28,131 nt of DNA from the NCBI GenBank assembly GCA_964485255.1, contig CAZAIS010000001.1:1-28131 (forward strand), in the 5' to 3' direction. The stretch's first letter is position 1; each line of letters opens with the position of its first letter. The DNA is from an uncultured Acidimicrobiales bacterium. GTDB lineage: Bacteria > Actinomycetota > Geothermincolia > Fen-727 > Anoxymicrobiaceae. The translations under genes were made by a program, and so were the position numbers. The notes under the pieces are model-generated. The model ran no database searches, had not been told where the DNA came from, and saw nothing but the letters and a program-made list of their open reading frames with translations. Below are positions 26,490 to 28,131 of the stretch, piece by piece.

Positions 26490-26888
26490 CTATTCGTACT
26501 CCACCTGGAGGTGTGATTCTATGATGGCGGCAATCGCCTTGGCCGCGTTTCGAATGTCGTACAGGACGAGGCCGAGCTTGCTTCCCCGCCTTACTATAGC
26601 GTTCAGAACCGCGTCCTCCCCCGCGGAGAGCAGAAACACGTAACCGTCGGTGCCCTCGACGAAGACCTGCGCCAGATCGCCGCGTCCCAGCTCCTGGGCC
26701 GTCCTTTCCCCCAGGCTCAGAAGGGCCGCCGACATCGCCCCCAGGCGGTCCTCCTCGTAACCGCCCGGAAGGACGGAGGCCATGACGAATCCGTCCATGC
26801 TCACGACAGCGGCCGCGTCAATCTCCTGTGTTTTCTCCAATAAGCCCCTAAGGGCATCCTGGAGCTCGTTCTGCTGGGCACCGTCCAA
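26490..26888 (-). CDS. Roadblock/LC7 domain protein (MglB-like)
   Basis: AAVVSMDGFVMAS, DRLGAMSAALLSLGERTAQELGRG, VFVEGTDGYV, KLGLV. GGGAGGT RBS supports TTG 26888. Confidence 0.9.
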   Translation of the reverse strand: MDGAQQNELQDALRGLLEKTQEIDAAAVVSMDGFVMASVLPGGYEEDRLGAMSAALLSLGERTAQELGRGDLAQVFVEGTDGYVFLLSAGEDAVLNAIVRRGSKLGLVLYDIRNAAKAIAAIIESHLQVEYE

Positions 26889-27008
26889 GCGTTTTACCTC
26901 CCTGCCCGGTTTTTCGCAGGCGAAGGTGCAAGAGGGCTTCGAAAACACGACGCGGCCATACCACGCGTGAAAAAAGCCCGCCCTCCGTGATTGCGTCTCT
27001 AGGAGTTA

Positions 27009-27017
27009 ATTCTATCA
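27009..27017 (-). promoter_or_regulatory. Extended -10 promoter (TGnTAGAAT) upstream of the second Roadblock gene
   Basis: Minus strand TGaTAGAAT in a short AT-rich patch of the intergenic region. Confidence 0.5.
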
Positions 27018-27120
27018 TAGCGCGGGCTCCGTCTCGCGCCGTTGCTCCCGGGGTCGTAAGGCTCTCGGGCCCAACATCGGCCGCGACGCGGCGCGTAGAG
27101 CCTTCCACCGGTATGCCGTC

Positions 27121-27153
27121 CGCTCACGCCCGCCCTGAAGCCCCGCGTGAGCG
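27121..27153. other. GC-rich stem-loop downstream of the first Roadblock gene
   Basis: 9-bp perfect inverted repeat cgctcacgc / gcgtgagcg with no U-tract. Confidence 0.45.
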
Positions 27154-27179
27154 ACCGTCAAGCGCCCGGAGGTCGTCTG

Positions 27180-27551
27180 CTAGATAACCTCGGCCAGCTT
27201 CTGCGCGCAACGGTTTACCTCCAGGAGCGTCATTCCCATCTTCGCCTGGTGGTCCACCGTGCAGGCCAGAAGAGCATCTTCGTTGACCTTGACGACCACC
27301 AGGTCGCCCGAGTCTCCCCTGAGATACACCTGGTCGATGGTACCCCTGGAGAGCTCCCGCGCCACCCTCTCGCCCGACGCTATGAGCGCCGAAGCCGTCG
27401 CGCTGAGCAACTCCTCCTCCATGCCTTCAGGCATGTCGGATGCCAGGGGCATCGCGTCCGAACTGATGAGCACCACGGCCTCGACGCCGTCGCCCTCAGA
27501 CCTCAACTCCTTGAGCATATCCATCATCTGCTGTTCGCGAACTCCCGCCAC
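27180..27551 (-). CDS. Second, more divergent Roadblock/LC7 domain protein
   Basis: AVVLISSDAMPLAS, ATASALIASGERVARELSRG, VYLRGDSG, KMGM. Start probably GTG 27551 or ATG 27528. Confidence 0.85.
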   Translation of the reverse strand: MAGVREQQMMDMLKELRSEGDGVEAVVLISSDAMPLASDMPEGMEEELLSATASALIASGERVARELSRGTIDQVYLRGDSGDLVVVKVNEDALLACTVDHQAKMGMTLLEVNRCAQKLAEVI

Positions 27552-27596
27552 AATCCCCCCTGACTCGCCGGGAACGCCGGTTCTCCTTTTCTCGTG

Positions 27597-27604
27597 ATAT
27601 CGGA
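27597..27604 (-). promoter_or_regulatory. Possible sigma28-type -10 element upstream of the first Roadblock gene
   Basis: TCCGATAT (7/8 match to GCCGATAT); the -35 is weak. Confidence 0.3.
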
Positions 27605-27634
27605 CTGACAACCCGGGCGTACTAACAGGATCGC

Positions 27635-27901
27635 CTATATTATGCGGCTAGTCGGCCTCGTTGGATAGAGGCCTTCCAGGACGCGGGGCGCCGGAGAGGA
27701 GTCCGAGATGACGATGGCGGCCGCCCGGCAGGACTCTACGCAGGTGAAGCATCCCATGCACCCCTCGACGTTCACCACAAAGACGGCGCCGCCTTCGGCG
27801 GCAAGAACAGGGTCGGCCACTCCGTCGCCGCTCTGGGGACAGAGTAGCACGCAATCGCCGCAGTCAACGCACCGCTCGCTCAATATCTTGATGTCGGGCA
27901 T
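27635..27901 (-). CDS. 2[4Fe-4S] dicluster ferredoxin
   Basis: CVDCGDCVLLCP and CMGCFTCVESCR. AGGAGG RBS supports ATG 27901. Confidence 0.9.
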   Translation of the reverse strand: MPDIKILSERCVDCGDCVLLCPQSGDGVADPVLAAEGGAVFVVNVEGCMGCFTCVESCRAAAIVISDSSPAPRVLEGLYPTRPTSRII

Positions 27902-27912
27902 CTCGATTCCTC

Positions 27913-28131
27913 CTAGTGCGCTCCACATGGAACGCAAGGGTTGAACGACCTGACCGCCAGTTGAAGCCTCGCCGCCGTGGCGTCATCGACCTCGATGCCG
28001 CGCACTATCCTCGACGCTACTTCGGTGAGGTGCGCGTTCATGAGCCTGTAGCAGAACTGGAGCGGGCTCATCACGCGGTATTCCACCATCCTGCACGTAT
28101 CGTCTATCGACCGCGCGTGGGCGAGTATCCC
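27913..28131 (-). CDS. C-terminal fragment of a [NiFe]-hydrogenase large-subunit-like protein
   Basis: Not in ORF track. Open frame from the window end: GILAHARSIDD...GIEVDDATAARLQLAVRSFNPCVPCGAH*, resembling the group 3 (HoxH/MvhA) C-terminus with an L2-like RxFxPCxxCxxH. Confidence 0.78.
   Translation of the reverse strand, partial: GILAHARSIDDTCRMVEYRVMSPLQFCYRLMNAHLTEVASRIVRGIEVDDATAARLQLAVRSFNPCVPCGAH

Noticed and set aside
26985-27005. GACGCAA in the Roadblock leader as a c-di-GMP-I riboswitch core
   Set aside because: No upstream GGCAAA/GAAA stem; only a 7-mer match.
27913-27935. [NiFeSe] hydrogenase or selenocysteine
   Set aside because: Both L2 positions are ordinary Cys codons (TGC, TGT).
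1-28131. Genome-wide TAG reassignment
   Set aside because: pilA, pilB, pilT, both Roadblocks and others end naturally at TAG at family-typical lengths.
1-28131. CRISPR arrays, rRNA, tRNA, IS elements
   Set aside because: No spaced repeats, RNA gene signatures or transposase motifs seen; the window is densely protein-coding.

Overview
High-GC bacterial window holding a largely complete type IVa pilus locus, almost all on the minus strand. In transcription order (right to left): 3' end of a [NiFe]-hydrogenase large-subunit-like gene, 2[4Fe-4S] ferredoxin, two Roadblock/LC7 (MglB-like) genes, a DUF4388/PATAN + MshEN-like protein with a very long acidic disordered tail, an MglA/CvnD-type small GTPase, aroE, pilB, pilT, pilC, pilA, a ~14 kb glycosylation/methylation island, pilD, a 56-aa excisionase/BldC-like HTH gene, pilM and the start of pilN. 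The island encodes four predicted GT-C-type membrane proteins, one GT2, three class I SAM methyltransferases and one B12-dependent radical SAM enzyme. Three real genes are absent from the ORF track (pilN fragment, HTH gene, hydrogenase fragment). Main leads: (1) the pilA-linked multi-GT-C plus methylase island, a candidate pilin glyco-methylation system; (2) a single in-frame TAG splitting what reads as one 1205-codon scaffold gene; (3) a pilin with a Cys3His set resembling the Zn site of C. difficile PilJ; (4) an Mgl-type polarity module with a possible c-di-GMP input next to the pilus motors; (5) a non-canonical hydrogenase L2 motif. The lineage looks like an anaerobic actinobacterium-type organism, but that is inference only. 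All family assignments come from reading motifs by eye; no database search was run.
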